The notes beneath the pieces were generated by a model. The model made no database searches. It was not told where the DNA came from and worked only from the letters and a program-made list of their open reading frames with translations. Below are positions 10,330 through 20,357 of a stretch of DNA of 64,000 nucleotides, piece after piece. Made by a program: the position numbers and the translations under genes. Each line of letters opens with the position of its first letter. The first letter of the stretch is position 1. The DNA is from Candidatus Thorarchaeota archaeon (GTDB taxonomy: Archaea > Asgardarchaeota > Thorarchaeia > Thorarchaeales > Thorarchaeaceae), in NCBI GenBank assembly GCA_046482545.1, contig JAWOEX010000028.1:96001-160000 (forward strand), written 5' to 3'.

Positions 10330-11028
10330 TTGGGATCGAATATACTGAAACTAGCAGGTGTCTCAAAAACCTACCACATGGGCGAAGTTGATGTTTCAGC
10401 TCTGTGTGGGGTTAATCTGGAAGTAAATAGGGGCGAAGCAATTGCCATCATGGGGCCATCTGGTTCCGGTAAGACCACGTTACTCAATATGATTGGCGCA
10501 CTTGATAAGCCAACCACAGGAACGGTCGTGATTGATGGAACAGATATCACCCAGATGACAGAAAAAGAACTGACCCGCGTAAGACGCGACAAGATTAGCT
10601 TTGTTTTCCAGTTCTTCAACCTTTTACCGGTCCTGACTGCGTATGAAAATATCGAACTGCCATTGCTCATTGCCGGTGTGGAAGAAGAACAGAGAAGACA
10701 ACGAGTTGAACATCTGCTTGGGCTAGTCGGCTTGACTGAACGAGCTTCACACAGACCTGATGAGCTATCGGGAGGGGAGCAGCAACGGGTTGCCATAGCC
10801 AGAGCCCTTGCGAAACCTGAAGGCGCCGCCAGCTCTGTAATTGTACTGGCTGATGAGCCGACGGGAGACTTGGATACGCAAACAGGACAGGAAATTGTAG
10901 ATGTGTTGGTGAAGCTGACCAAGGGAGAAGGTGGAACACTTGTTGCCGTGACCCACGATCCTGAAGTTGGCAAACAGATGGATAAAACCTACCGCATGAG
11001 AGATGGAGAAATCGTCGGTGTTGAATAG
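10330..11028 (+). CDS. ABC transporter ATP-binding protein (LolD/MacB type)
   Basis: GPSGSGKTT, FVFQFFNL, LSGGEQQRVAIARAL, LADEPTGDLD, VTHD; TTG start after GGGAGAGG. Confidence 0.95.
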   Translation: MGSNILKLAGVSKTYHMGEVDVSALCGVNLEVNRGEAIAIMGPSGSGKTTLLNMIGALDKPTTGTVVIDGTDITQMTEKELTRVRRDKISFVFQFFNLLPVLTAYENIELPLLIAGVEEEQRRQRVEHLLGLVGLTERASHRPDELSGGEQQRVAIARALAKPEGAASSVIVLADEPTGDLDTQTGQEIVDVLVKLTKGEGGTLVAVTHDPEVGKQMDKTYRMRDGEIVGVE

Positions 11029-11040
11029 AGGGGGATAGCC

Positions 11041-13824
11041 TTGGCTGTACCAGCGGGTTACGAAGCGTATCAAAGCTTGAGACGAAAGGGTCTAACTCTC
11101 ATCTGCCTGTGCCTTGCATCCGCAGTTGCAATGGGAACAAGTGTCTACGTGGATTCGTACTCCATTCACGAATGGGAAAGCTACATGGCTATTGGGCCAG
11201 TAGCTATGGTTGTTAGAGGACCCAATGTGCAGTCGAGAGTTGGTGATATCAAAGAGATCGACGGTATCGAGAAAGGAGCTGTGATAACCCTAGGAGGGGG
11301 CTCATTCACAAAGGACGATTCGATATATCATAGTCAGCAAACTGCATATATTGATAGCGATTATACAGAGCAGTTTCCTAATGTGTATTCCATACAATCC
11401 GGACGATATCCCAACAGTACAGAGGAAATCGCCCTTGATATGGACAAAGCAACAGAAATGAATGTTTCAATCGGAGAAACTATCAATTACTCCTACTATG
11501 TCCAAGGGGATGAGAATTCTCACTCGTTCAATTTGACAGTTGTGGGTTTATTCGAAAATCATCCATCACAAATGGAATACTCATACTGGGATTGCTTCGC
11601 TTCAGCTATTGTTACTCCAGAAGTACTAGGACCAGAGGACTACGATTATAATACTGAAGAGCTGGTCCATGTCGACATTGACAGGGGGCCAGTAACACCC
11701 TTCGATATGTGGAGCTCCAGTTCATACATAAACCGTATAGTGGAGGATTTGAGAGGGCTTGATCCGAGCTACGAGAAAGGGAGGCATTCTTCTTACAGCA
11801 TTGGAAATTTAATAGGCTATGCAGTCAGTGATTACGCATCATGGAGAACTGCGACAAGGATAGGGCAACTTATGCGCTCAAGCGGGATTGTCCTACTAGT
11901 TATTCTTCTCATGCTGTTAGCAATACGATACAACGTGAATGAACGGGAATACGAGACGAGTATGCTGCAGGCCAGAGGTGCATCCAAACAAGACACTGAT
12001 AGAATTCTCATACGAGAGGTAGCAATCCTGTCTGGCTCTGGAACTGTACTGGGCTTAGGTTTGGGTATATTCCTCAGTCGTATAGCTCTATCTGCGACGA
12101 GTTATTTCCAATTCGCACCTCAACTTTTCATTTCTGAACCATTTCTTGTCACGATTGAATCTCTGATATTGGCTGCCATAGTTGGATTTGTTCTTCCGCT
12201 CCTAACTCTAGGCGGTTATTTCATCATTTATGCCATGAAAGAACCTGTTGAGGAAGGTGAGGGAAAACTGGCAAAAATAGCAAAAGGCCTCAAACTCATT
12301 CGTTGGGATACAGTCGTTTTGGCCCTATCAGTCCTTGTTACCCTCGCTCTCTACTCGATGGGTACCCAAGTCCATACGAATCCATACCTATCATTCATCA
12401 TGTCCATTATCCCATTGGGAATCTTCTCGGCAATCGCTAGCCTGACTATCAAGGCGTTAAGAAAGGGCTCCTCGCGCATCTCAGATTTGTTCGAAAGGGT
12501 GATAGGGAAGCTGTCTGCGTCCGTCGGTGTTCGAAGAGTGGGAAGGAGTGCCTCATCAGCAGCACCCACAATATTAGTCCTGGTACTTGCCATCAGCTTG
12601 GCTTGGAATATGGCTGTGATTGATGCTTCACTTCCTGTAACCAAAATGAACCATGCGCGATTCGCATTTGGTGGAGATGTGACATTTCATTTGGATGAGC
12701 AGTACCCTCAGGAGTGGGATGCCTTCTTCAGCAACGTGTCATCCCATCCAATGACTGAAGAGATGGCTCTGCTATCGGTCCTAGATGTGTCCCTATCAAC
12801 CATGTATGGTGGAGAGTTGAGTCTTGCCGCCTTCAATCCAAGTGAATACAGCAAGGTAGGATACGACTATGCAGGGACATTGCTTAATGAATCTACAGTA
12901 CTTTCTCAAGCAATAGAGGAGTTGGATTCCACGCCAAACGGCGTGATAATAACTAAAGAAGTAGCCCAAGAGTATGACTTAATCGTCGGAGACTCGGTTA
13001 GAACATCTATTGAAAGCAATGAGGGTAGCCAGGTCGTCGTTTTCTCGGTACTCGCCATAGTTGAAGGACTTTCCAATGCGGGTATTTTGACGACACAATC
13101 AGAATTCTACTGGCCACAATCTTTCGGAACTGACGTTATGTACGCAAACAAAGAGTATCTAGCATCCGAAATCAACTTCACATCAGCAGCACAAAACTCA
13201 CTCTGTGTCAATGTAAAGGAAGAGGGAAACTCTACAGCAATGGTAGAACATCTGATGAATATCTCAGGCAACGCAGTAAGAGAATCACCAGCGCAGTACG
13301 GCTGGAATAATGTCTATGACGGATGGGCATGCGTAGAGTACGAAGTCTCACAATATGTCAACCAAGCAGAATACGCCATGGATCGGGCCGTTGACACAAT
13401 GATCACAGTAGGCATGGTTCTCGTCATGTTCGGATCTTTTTCAATTTATGCAGCAGAAGATGTTCGATCTAGGAAAAGAGAGGTAGCATTACTAAGAGCT
13501 ATGGGAGCTCAAACACAAGATATTGTAAAAACACAGGTAGCCGAGCTTCTCATATTATCAGTATCAGCATTGATGCTATTGCTGCTGTTCTCACCCGTTT
13601 TCATAGCAAACTCACTTCTAACGATATCCACAAGCAGCTACATATTCCCGGTTGCAATATTTCCATTTGTACCTTGGCTCACATTGTTCACCATTCTTGT
13701 GTTCTTTGTCTGTTGTATGATAACAATGGTCCTCATTGTAGCTGTTACAAATTCCAGAGTCAATCTTCACCAAGCGTTGAACGCTCATTGGGCCGAGGCG
13801 GGGCCATATAGTGGAGGAATCTAA
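11041..13824 (+). CDS. FtsX/MacB-type ABC permease (duplicated architecture, 927 aa)
   Basis: Two FtsX motifs (EREYETSMLQARGAS; RKREVALLRAMGA) with two large extracytoplasmic domains. Confidence 0.88.
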   Translation: MAVPAGYEAYQSLRRKGLTLICLCLASAVAMGTSVYVDSYSIHEWESYMAIGPVAMVVRGPNVQSRVGDIKEIDGIEKGAVITLGGGSFTKDDSIYHSQQTAYIDSDYTEQFPNVYSIQSGRYPNSTEEIALDMDKATEMNVSIGETINYSYYVQGDENSHSFNLTVVGLFENHPSQMEYSYWDCFASAIVTPEVLGPEDYDYNTEELVHVDIDRGPVTPFDMWSSSSYINRIVEDLRGLDPSYEKGRHSSYSIGNLIGYAVSDYASWRTATRIGQLMRSSGIVLLVILLMLLAIRYNVNEREYETSMLQARGASKQDTDRILIREVAILSGSGTVLGLGLGIFLSRIALSATSYFQFAPQLFISEPFLVTIESLILAAIVGFVLPLLTLGGYFIIYAMKEPVEEGEGKLAKIAKGLKLIRWDTVVLALSVLVTLALYSMGTQVHTNPYLSFIMSIIPLGIFSAIASLTIKALRKGSSRISDLFERVIGKLSASVGVRRVGRSASSAAPTILVLVLAISLAWNMAVIDASLPVTKMNHARFAFGGDVTFHLDEQYPQEWDAFFSNVSSHPMTEEMALLSVLDVSLSTMYGGELSLAAFNPSEYSKVGYDYAGTLLNESTVLSQAIEELDSTPNGVIITKEVAQEYDLIVGDSVRTSIESNEGSQVVVFSVLAIVEGLSNAGILTTQSEFYWPQSFGTDVMYANKEYLASEINFTSAAQNSLCVNVKEEGNSTAMVEHLMNISGNAVRESPAQYGWNNVYDGWACVEYEVSQYVNQAEYAMDRAVDTMITVGMVLVMFGSFSIYAAEDVRSRKREVALLRAMGAQTQDIVKTQVAELLILSVSALMLLLLFSPVFIANSLLTISTSSYIFPVAIFPFVPWLTLFTILVFFVCCMITMVLIVAVTNSRVNLHQALNAHWAEAGPYSGGI

Positions 13825-16653
13825 ATGTACATGCTAGCCAGACTATCAGCAGACAAACAAAAGGTCCTTGCTACATTCCTCGTATTCTCTCTGTCAGCAG
13901 GTGTGCTCGGAGGTATCCTCTTTTACATGGATAGCATCCGCCCGGATGTACTTCAAGAGATGACCAATGATGTGTCGGTTGACATGCAGGTTGCCCTGTC
14001 ACAGCAGTTCTATGAACAGAACAGTACGACCATGGAGGAGATAGAGAATACCATTCAAGAGCAACAAGATGTGCAAGCTTCGGATATCCTGAGTATGGTA
14101 CGATCATACGACTGGAATGCTGCAACTTACGAGCTCCATGAACATATCTATCTCGGTCTCTCTCAAAACACGTTTTCATTGTTTCCACAAGCTTTTGACC
14201 TGCTTGCTAGCACAGCCACACTCAATGATTCCTCGTGTTATGTTGAAGCTGCTACTCTCGAACACTACGGGTTAGGCTTAGGAGACAATTTCACAGCTGT
14301 GGCACGAATCCACGAAGAGGGGACAGAGACTATCATAGAGAAAGAGTTCATAATTGTTGGATCTTTCCAAACAGGCCTTTACGTCCAGAGATGGTATTCT
14401 CATGAACAAGACATTTCCATGCTACGAATGGTGACCACGAAGAGCGGATTAGAAAACGCATTTCCTCAACTTGACCCTAGAGGATACGTTAGCAGAAAAA
14501 ATGTCATCTGGGTTGACCTTGATCAATCTTCAATCCTTTCATACGGCGATGCTCCACCCTCAGACAGAGCTGAGAACATTGGAAAACAAATAGAGCAGGA
14601 CACCCTGCCCTATGCCTACATATTAGAATACGCCCTAGAAAACACTTTCCGTTCATATACGGGATGGGCTCAAACAGTTACATACATTTCGCTGGCTTTC
14701 TCAATACCATCTTTGGTAATGGGCATCATGTTGGTTTACTACAATTCTGAGTTGCTTGCTAATCAGAGAAGAAAGAATGTCGGCACGCTAAAGACCCGAG
14801 GTGCATCTGGATGGCAGGCATTCAGATGGGTTCTGGTACAAGCTGTAATCGTCGCGTTTATTGGAAGCCTAGGCGCCATATTGGTCGGATTGTTATCGTC
14901 ATATCTATCAGGGTCAGTTCGAACCTTCTTGGAATTCAGCCTAGAAAGACTGGCTAGTTTCACTCTACTCCTGGAACCTGATGCCATTATGTGGGTATTC
15001 ATCTTCTCATTTGGAGTGGGACTTGTTGTTTCGATACCTACAGCAGTACAGGCACTTCTGATGTCTCCTGAGGAAGCACATGCGTCGCTCGAAAGGGAGG
15101 TGCTTCAGGAAGAGAGTAATCTCGGCAATCCATTCATCGATCTGGGAGCTGTTGGGATTTCAACATTCTTTCTGTTTTCCATGTTTTCAATGTTCTCGTA
15201 CGTTGCTTCGGGCTATGGTCCAGGAGGGGTCTACTTCAGTAGTGTTGTAGTTATCTTCATGGGTGTTTTTGTTGTGGGTCTTTCTCGACTCCTGTCCCGA
15301 GGGGGACCGAACGTGAAAGCAAAAATAGTATCTCGTCTGAAAACCAAGAAGTATGAACCTGGCTCTCGCCTGTTATCCCGCACGGTTATGATGTTTAAGA
15401 AGAGTGAATCACTTGCTGTGATATTCGTAGGTTTGGTGTTTACTGCCGGCCTGTTCTGTTCTATTTCTGCCCAAACAGGATTCAATCACACACGTTCTCT
15501 AAGCATGTTTGAAGCCGGCGGAGATATCGTTGTCAAGGTAAGGCCAGAAGTACAGAATATTACCCTGGACATGTTAGACGAAATCACCAGTATCGATGGT
15601 GTCAAGAATGCGTCTGGGGTATTGGAGACAGAGGGATACGTAGAGTACTGGCAGGCATACCGTAACGGTGAGTATTCCTACATAGAGCGTAGTATCAGTG
15701 TTTTCGGCGTGGAGGCAAAAGCTTGGGCTGAAACCGCATTCTTCCTGGACTATTTTGCCAATGACCAAACTCCAAAGCAATCCTTGCATGACATGTCACT
15801 CAGCAATCAAAGCGTAATCACTTCGTTCAAACCTATAGACGGATACTCAGGTAGTTACGGCGGTACGCAGTCCCCAATATATTCGGAGGAACTTGCAGTC
15901 AGACTAGAAGAGCCAGGATGGATCAATGAGTCTGAATGTCAAATCATTGATACGTTAGCGACTCTAGGTCAGTACGGCAGCTCAAATCAGTATTTTCCGG
16001 GAAGACCGGAGTTGAGCAGTTTTGTTATAATGAACCTTGACTATGTGCACGCATGTAAGAATACCAGTAGGGTTTCTAGCTTCTATGTTAAACTGAACAA
16101 GGGTGCAAACTATACGAGGATCATGGGAGAGATTGCAGACCTGTCTCAGTCATCATTTCAGAGTATCGAATCAGGACTCTTGAACCTTGACCAGTCACTT
16201 GACTCAAGAGCTGCACAGACGATATACGGCGTTTACACGTTGAATGTCGTTTTCTCATTGATCTATCTAACTGCCGGAATTGCGATAGTTACTTTTGTCA
16301 GAATACAGAATCTCAGGAGACCACTGTCGGTATTGAGAGCACTTGGAACAGAACGGAAATCGATAATGATTCCTATGCTTATCGATTCCTTGGCCACTAC
16401 TGCGGCAGCAGCAGGAGTTGGAGCGTTAATCGCGCTTGCTCTAACTGGATTTGCGATCCAAGTTCCCCTTAACTACATAGGAACATCACTTTCACTTACT
16501 TGGCTCAGGCTGCGAGTCGTGATTTCTGTGCCATTCTTGATTGTCGCTCTCATACTTTGCGTAACAGTGGCAGCGGTTCTTCTTACAACTTATTTTATCA
16601 CTAGAGCAACGCTGGAGAAAAATATAGCAGAGGAAATTCAGTACGTGAGTTGA
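13825..16653 (+). CDS. FtsX/MacB-type ABC permease (942 aa)
   Basis: RRKNVGTLKTRGAS and RRPLSVLRALGT FtsX motifs; abuts previous stop (TAAATG). Confidence 0.88.
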   Translation: MYMLARLSADKQKVLATFLVFSLSAGVLGGILFYMDSIRPDVLQEMTNDVSVDMQVALSQQFYEQNSTTMEEIENTIQEQQDVQASDILSMVRSYDWNAATYELHEHIYLGLSQNTFSLFPQAFDLLASTATLNDSSCYVEAATLEHYGLGLGDNFTAVARIHEEGTETIIEKEFIIVGSFQTGLYVQRWYSHEQDISMLRMVTTKSGLENAFPQLDPRGYVSRKNVIWVDLDQSSILSYGDAPPSDRAENIGKQIEQDTLPYAYILEYALENTFRSYTGWAQTVTYISLAFSIPSLVMGIMLVYYNSELLANQRRKNVGTLKTRGASGWQAFRWVLVQAVIVAFIGSLGAILVGLLSSYLSGSVRTFLEFSLERLASFTLLLEPDAIMWVFIFSFGVGLVVSIPTAVQALLMSPEEAHASLEREVLQEESNLGNPFIDLGAVGISTFFLFSMFSMFSYVASGYGPGGVYFSSVVVIFMGVFVVGLSRLLSRGGPNVKAKIVSRLKTKKYEPGSRLLSRTVMMFKKSESLAVIFVGLVFTAGLFCSISAQTGFNHTRSLSMFEAGGDIVVKVRPEVQNITLDMLDEITSIDGVKNASGVLETEGYVEYWQAYRNGEYSYIERSISVFGVEAKAWAETAFFLDYFANDQTPKQSLHDMSLSNQSVITSFKPIDGYSGSYGGTQSPIYSEELAVRLEEPGWINESECQIIDTLATLGQYGSSNQYFPGRPELSSFVIMNLDYVHACKNTSRVSSFYVKLNKGANYTRIMGEIADLSQSSFQSIESGLLNLDQSLDSRAAQTIYGVYTLNVVFSLIYLTAGIAIVTFVRIQNLRRPLSVLRALGTERKSIMIPMLIDSLATTAAAAGVGALIALALTGFAIQVPLNYIGTSLSLTWLRLRVVISVPFLIVALILCVTVAAVLLTTYFITRATLEKNIAEEIQYVS

Positions 16654-17531
16654 GCATAATGGAAGACTTGGAGGAAATCGCAGAAGGAAACAAACTTGTA
16701 GTACGCGACCTGATGAAAGTGTATCGTAGAGGGCGCAAGGAGGTCATTGCCCTAAGGGGTATGGATTTTGAGGTAGGCCATGGAGAGTTCATTTCAATAG
16801 TTGGGCCGTCAGGATCAGGAAAATCTACGCTTCTGAAACTCATAGGAGCCCTAGATAGGCCTACTGCAGGAAAGGTGCTATTTGATGGGCATAATATCAC
16901 ACTCCTTGATGACCGGCGCGCAATGTTGTATCGAAGGAAGAAAGTAGGTTTTGTTTGGCAGGTCGGAAACCTCATTCCGGGATTGTCTGCGTTGAAGAAC
17001 GTGAAAGTCCCAATGAATCTTGCAGATGCGCCCAAAGACAAAACAGACAAACGAGCCAAGTCTCTACTAAAGACATTCAATTTGGAGCACAGGATGGATC
17101 ACAAGCCGAACCAGCTATCAGGGGGAGAGAATCAACGGGTAGCCATTTGTGTAGCACTTGCAAACCAACCAGAGCTTCTGCTCGCGGACGAGGTTACCGG
17201 CGAACTTGATACCGAAACAGCCGACATCGTCATGAAAGCTTTGCGAAAAACTAACCGCGAATTCAGAACAACGATTGTTAATGTAACGCATAATCCTCGT
17301 GTTGCTGAATATGCAGATCGAATCTTGCGTATCAGAGATGGTCTCATTGAGGGGCAGAAGCATGTGCTCTATGGTGACATATCAGAAGTAGATGCAAAAG
17401 GTCGCATGGTCATTCCTGAAGCTATCAGGCGGATGGCCGGAATTGAGAAACGTGTAGTGCTGAAAGCGACATCCAAAGGACTACTTGTTACTCCATTGGA
17501 AATGGAAGAAGAGAACAATCAAGAATCATAG
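16650..17531 (+). CDS. ABC ATP-binding protein (LolD type) with C-terminal AbrB/SpoVT-like domain
   Basis: GPSGSGKST, LSGGENQRVA, LADEVTGELD; tail VDAKGRMVIPEAIRRMAGI...GLLVTP. Confidence 0.9.
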   Translation: MSIMEDLEEIAEGNKLVVRDLMKVYRRGRKEVIALRGMDFEVGHGEFISIVGPSGSGKSTLLKLIGALDRPTAGKVLFDGHNITLLDDRRAMLYRRKKVGFVWQVGNLIPGLSALKNVKVPMNLADAPKDKTDKRAKSLLKTFNLEHRMDHKPNQLSGGENQRVAICVALANQPELLLADEVTGELDTETADIVMKALRKTNREFRTTIVNVTHNPRVAEYADRILRIRDGLIEGQKHVLYGDISEVDAKGRMVIPEAIRRMAGIEKRVVLKATSKGLLVTPLEMEEENNQES

Positions 17532-17617
17532 AATGTGCAAACCCTATTAACCTGATTGCAGGTTTTCTGCCAGCAGAGACGAGACAATAGAGGGCTCATT
17601 CGAGACAGATAAGTGAG

Positions 17618-17902
17618 ATGGCAATCTCTATGAAGTTCCCTCTTTGAAAGGAACATGAACTAAATACGGAGCAAGACGGACTACTATAGTCGTATCATGC
17701 AATAATAATCTCGTTCGGTATTTTCTTCTTCGGTCTCAATGTATACATCTTGACTAAATGGCTTTCCCATCCCATGCGAATAAGTTGTGGCTGATTGGTG
17801 TTTTCGGGGATTATCTATACTGTTGCATTCTTCTCGATGCTTAGGAAACACCAGCAGCATTTGCTTGAAGCAAAGGGGATAGAAGAGGACATAGAGAACT
17901 GA
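17618..17902 (+). pseudogene. Probable decayed gene for a small two-TM membrane protein
   Basis: ATG at 17618; reading MAISMKFPL*KEHELNTEQDGLL*SYHAIIISFGIFFFGLNVYILTKWLSHP, then via two frameshifts NKLWLIGVFG / IIYTVAFFSMLRKHQQHLLEAKGIEEDIEN*. Confidence 0.4.
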
Positions 17903-17904
17903 GT

Positions 17905-18816
17905 CTATTCACCTCTTTCAGAACTGTTTTTGCGGTATGTGAGAAGCATATCATCCATGAAATCATCAATATAAATCAGTAGTTCTCTTGGTTCATCTAC
18001 GATGACAGTAACTCGATAGATAATCGCAGTATTAGTAGTGTCCCACACCTGATATTTCGGCTTAACGAGAAATTGTTCTTCCCACTCCTCGCAAACTCTA
18101 TCGAAATTATCTCTTAGAGCACCATAATCACAACTGTAGTGCACAGTTAAGTCGAATGTATAGCGATAAGCCGTCTCTGTGTGAGTGATAGCCTTGAGTT
18201 TGGAAATCACCGTACTCAGAGTCTTTCTCTCAGCAGAGTCCTCAGTCTGCAATCGGTAAGTGGTTATGTCCTTGATGAGATCGCTGAGATTCATTCGAAA
18301 ATTAACGACATCGCTCTTAAGGACCTTCGAATTCGGAATTCTCAGTCTTGTTTTGTCTGGTTGCAGTATTCGGGTATAGCTCAAAGTGACATCTGTCACA
18401 ATTCCTTCGTGGTTACCGATTCTGACATAGTCGCCTACCTTGAACGGGCGGGCTATGATAATGTAAAGGCCATTAACTATTTCTCCAACAGATTGTGAGA
18501 AGGCAAGGCCAAGAGCTGTTCCGAAAAGTGTGGCGAGGGAAATCAGTTCAGCATAAACGGGACGAAGCGTATCCAATACCAAGAATGCAGCAACCACGAC
18601 GAAAATCACACGAATAACCAGACTAATACCTGTAGATGCTTGGCCTGAAAGGCCCACTTTTTCCAATCTGGAACTGAGTCCACGAGTGACCACCGCATAG
18701 ACAATCACCAAGAGGAATAACTCGATGAGTAGAAAAACCAGATATTGAAAGTCGGTAAACAGCTTAACAATGGATTCAATAAGATTCTCAAAAAAGCTGA
18801 TTTGAATCACTGGCAT
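17905..18816 (-). CDS. mscS: MscS family mechanosensitive channel
   Basis: Three TMs, LGLAFSQSVGEIVNGLYIIIARPFKVGDYVRIG, IPNS. Confidence 0.9.
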   Translation of the reverse strand: MPVIQISFFENLIESIVKLFTDFQYLVFLLIELFLLVIVYAVVTRGLSSRLEKVGLSGQASTGISLVIRVIFVVVAAFLVLDTLRPVYAELISLATLFGTALGLAFSQSVGEIVNGLYIIIARPFKVGDYVRIGNHEGIVTDVTLSYTRILQPDKTRLRIPNSKVLKSDVVNFRMNLSDLIKDITTYRLQTEDSAERKTLSTVISKLKAITHTETAYRYTFDLTVHYSCDYGALRDNFDRVCEEWEEQFLVKPKYQVWDTTNTAIIYRVTVIVDEPRELLIYIDDFMDDMLLTYRKNSSERGE

Positions 18817-18952
18817 TTACCTCACTTAGCTTAACCCTCCAAGGATTTATGCCTTCGCATGCTCTTGGATACCTTGATTCTCTCACAATGGCATCACAAT
18901 AAAAGCAATCCACCATGAGTGTATTAATGCCAAACCAAGTAAAGCATTTGGT

Positions 18953-20257
18953 TCAGGGGTACGTCCTTCGTACCGTCCTTGGAAAAGGGATGACATCTCT
19001 GATATGACTAAGATTAAGCATCCATCTGATTAGTCGGTCCAAGCCCACACCGAAACCTGAATGTGGAACGCTACCGTATCTCCGTATATCAATGAACCAT
19101 TCGTACTTCGCAGGGTCGTCACCTGTTGCCTTGATATTCTCAACCAAAATATCAGGATTATCTTCTCTCTGACTGCCCCCTATGATTTCGCCGAATCCTT
19201 CAGGTGCCAACAAATCGTTGTTCTTGTATGTCCGGGAATCAGCCTCGTTGTGTTTCATATAGAAGCTCTTGATTTCTTTCGGGTAGTACTCGATAAATAG
19301 GAAAGTATCTCTACCCTCAGTAAGAACATCCTCGGCTTCGGTTCGAATATCCTCCCCCCAGCTGATATCTACGCCAGCTTCGCGACAGAGCTCAATTGCC
19401 TCTGTATAACTCATTCTCTCAAATGGCGTTTCAATCTTGAGAAGGCGGTCCTTCGGCACCGCCATTTCTTCCAGCGCCTTCACTTCATTCTCGGCCACGG
19501 AATGACAGATATGGGTGATGAGCTCCTCTTGACGCTTCACATTGCATTCATGGTCACACCAAGCTTCTTCTGCTTCTAGATGCCAGAATTCAGTAAGATG
19601 CTTCCGAGTTCGTGACTTCTCACCTCGGAAAGACGGTGCCAATGTGAACACCCGCTCCAGCGCATAAAGCTGAGGCTCAAGATGCATTTGGGATGTCTGA
19701 GTAAGATACATCGTATCGCCAAAATAATCCACTTCAAACAGCTCAGCGCCTTCTTCACCCATTGTAGATACAAACATTGGAGAGGTTGTCTCAAAGAACC
19801 CGCTATCTCGCAGATACTCTCGAGACGATCGAAATACTTCATCTCTAACCTTAAGGGCGTTCGTCATAGCCCTCGAACGCATCCAGAGGTGGCGATTGTC
19901 GTTCAGGAATTCAATGCTTTGATTCTCTGTGATTGGAAACTCGTCAGCGAAATCGAGAACGTTCAAGTCTGTAACTTGGATTTCGAAGCCGCCTTTTGCT
20001 CTTGAATCCTCTTTGACGGTTCCATGTATTTCAACGAGTGACTCTATCAGCATCTTCTGGGCATCTTCATACTCATCCTCTGACACAGCATTACTCTTGA
20101 TTACAGTTTGAATAACACCAGTATGGTCACGGACAATAGCAAAGACCATATTCTTCTGTTTGCGTATTCTGTGGATCCATCCTCTAAGATGGACTTCTTT
20201 GCCTATTAGCTCGCCTTCAAGAATCTCATCAACATGACTGTATTTCATAATCGACAC
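18953..20257 (-). CDS. asnS: Asparagine--tRNA ligase
   Basis: OB-fold LRGWIHR; motif 2 FRGEKSRTRKHLTEFWHLEAE; GEIIGGSQRE; PHSGFGVGLDR; PFPRT. Confidence 0.9.
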   Translation of the reverse strand: MSIMKYSHVDEILEGELIGKEVHLRGWIHRIRKQKNMVFAIVRDHTGVIQTVIKSNAVSEDEYEDAQKMLIESLVEIHGTVKEDSRAKGGFEIQVTDLNVLDFADEFPITENQSIEFLNDNRHLWMRSRAMTNALKVRDEVFRSSREYLRDSGFFETTSPMFVSTMGEEGAELFEVDYFGDTMYLTQTSQMHLEPQLYALERVFTLAPSFRGEKSRTRKHLTEFWHLEAEEAWCDHECNVKRQEELITHICHSVAENEVKALEEMAVPKDRLLKIETPFERMSYTEAIELCREAGVDISWGEDIRTEAEDVLTEGRDTFLFIEYYPKEIKSFYMKHNEADSRTYKNNDLLAPEGFGEIIGGSQREDNPDILVENIKATGDDPAKYEWFIDIRRYGSVPHSGFGVGLDRLIRWMLNLSHIRDVIPFPRTVRRTYP

Positions 20258-20357
20258 CAGGGAATGCTAGACCATCAAACGAGGGTGTTTTCTCACAATC
20301 AAGCGCTCGCCTGTCCGAATAAAAGGATGACGGCGCAAAGGGAGGCTGAGGCTTCTT

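Noticed and set aside
18953-20257. Aspartyl-tRNA synthetase as an alternative call
   Set aside because: Motif 2 loop (KSRTRKHLTEFWHLE) and EIIGGSQRE fit AsnRS better than archaeal AspRS (RHLNE..SID, EISSG)
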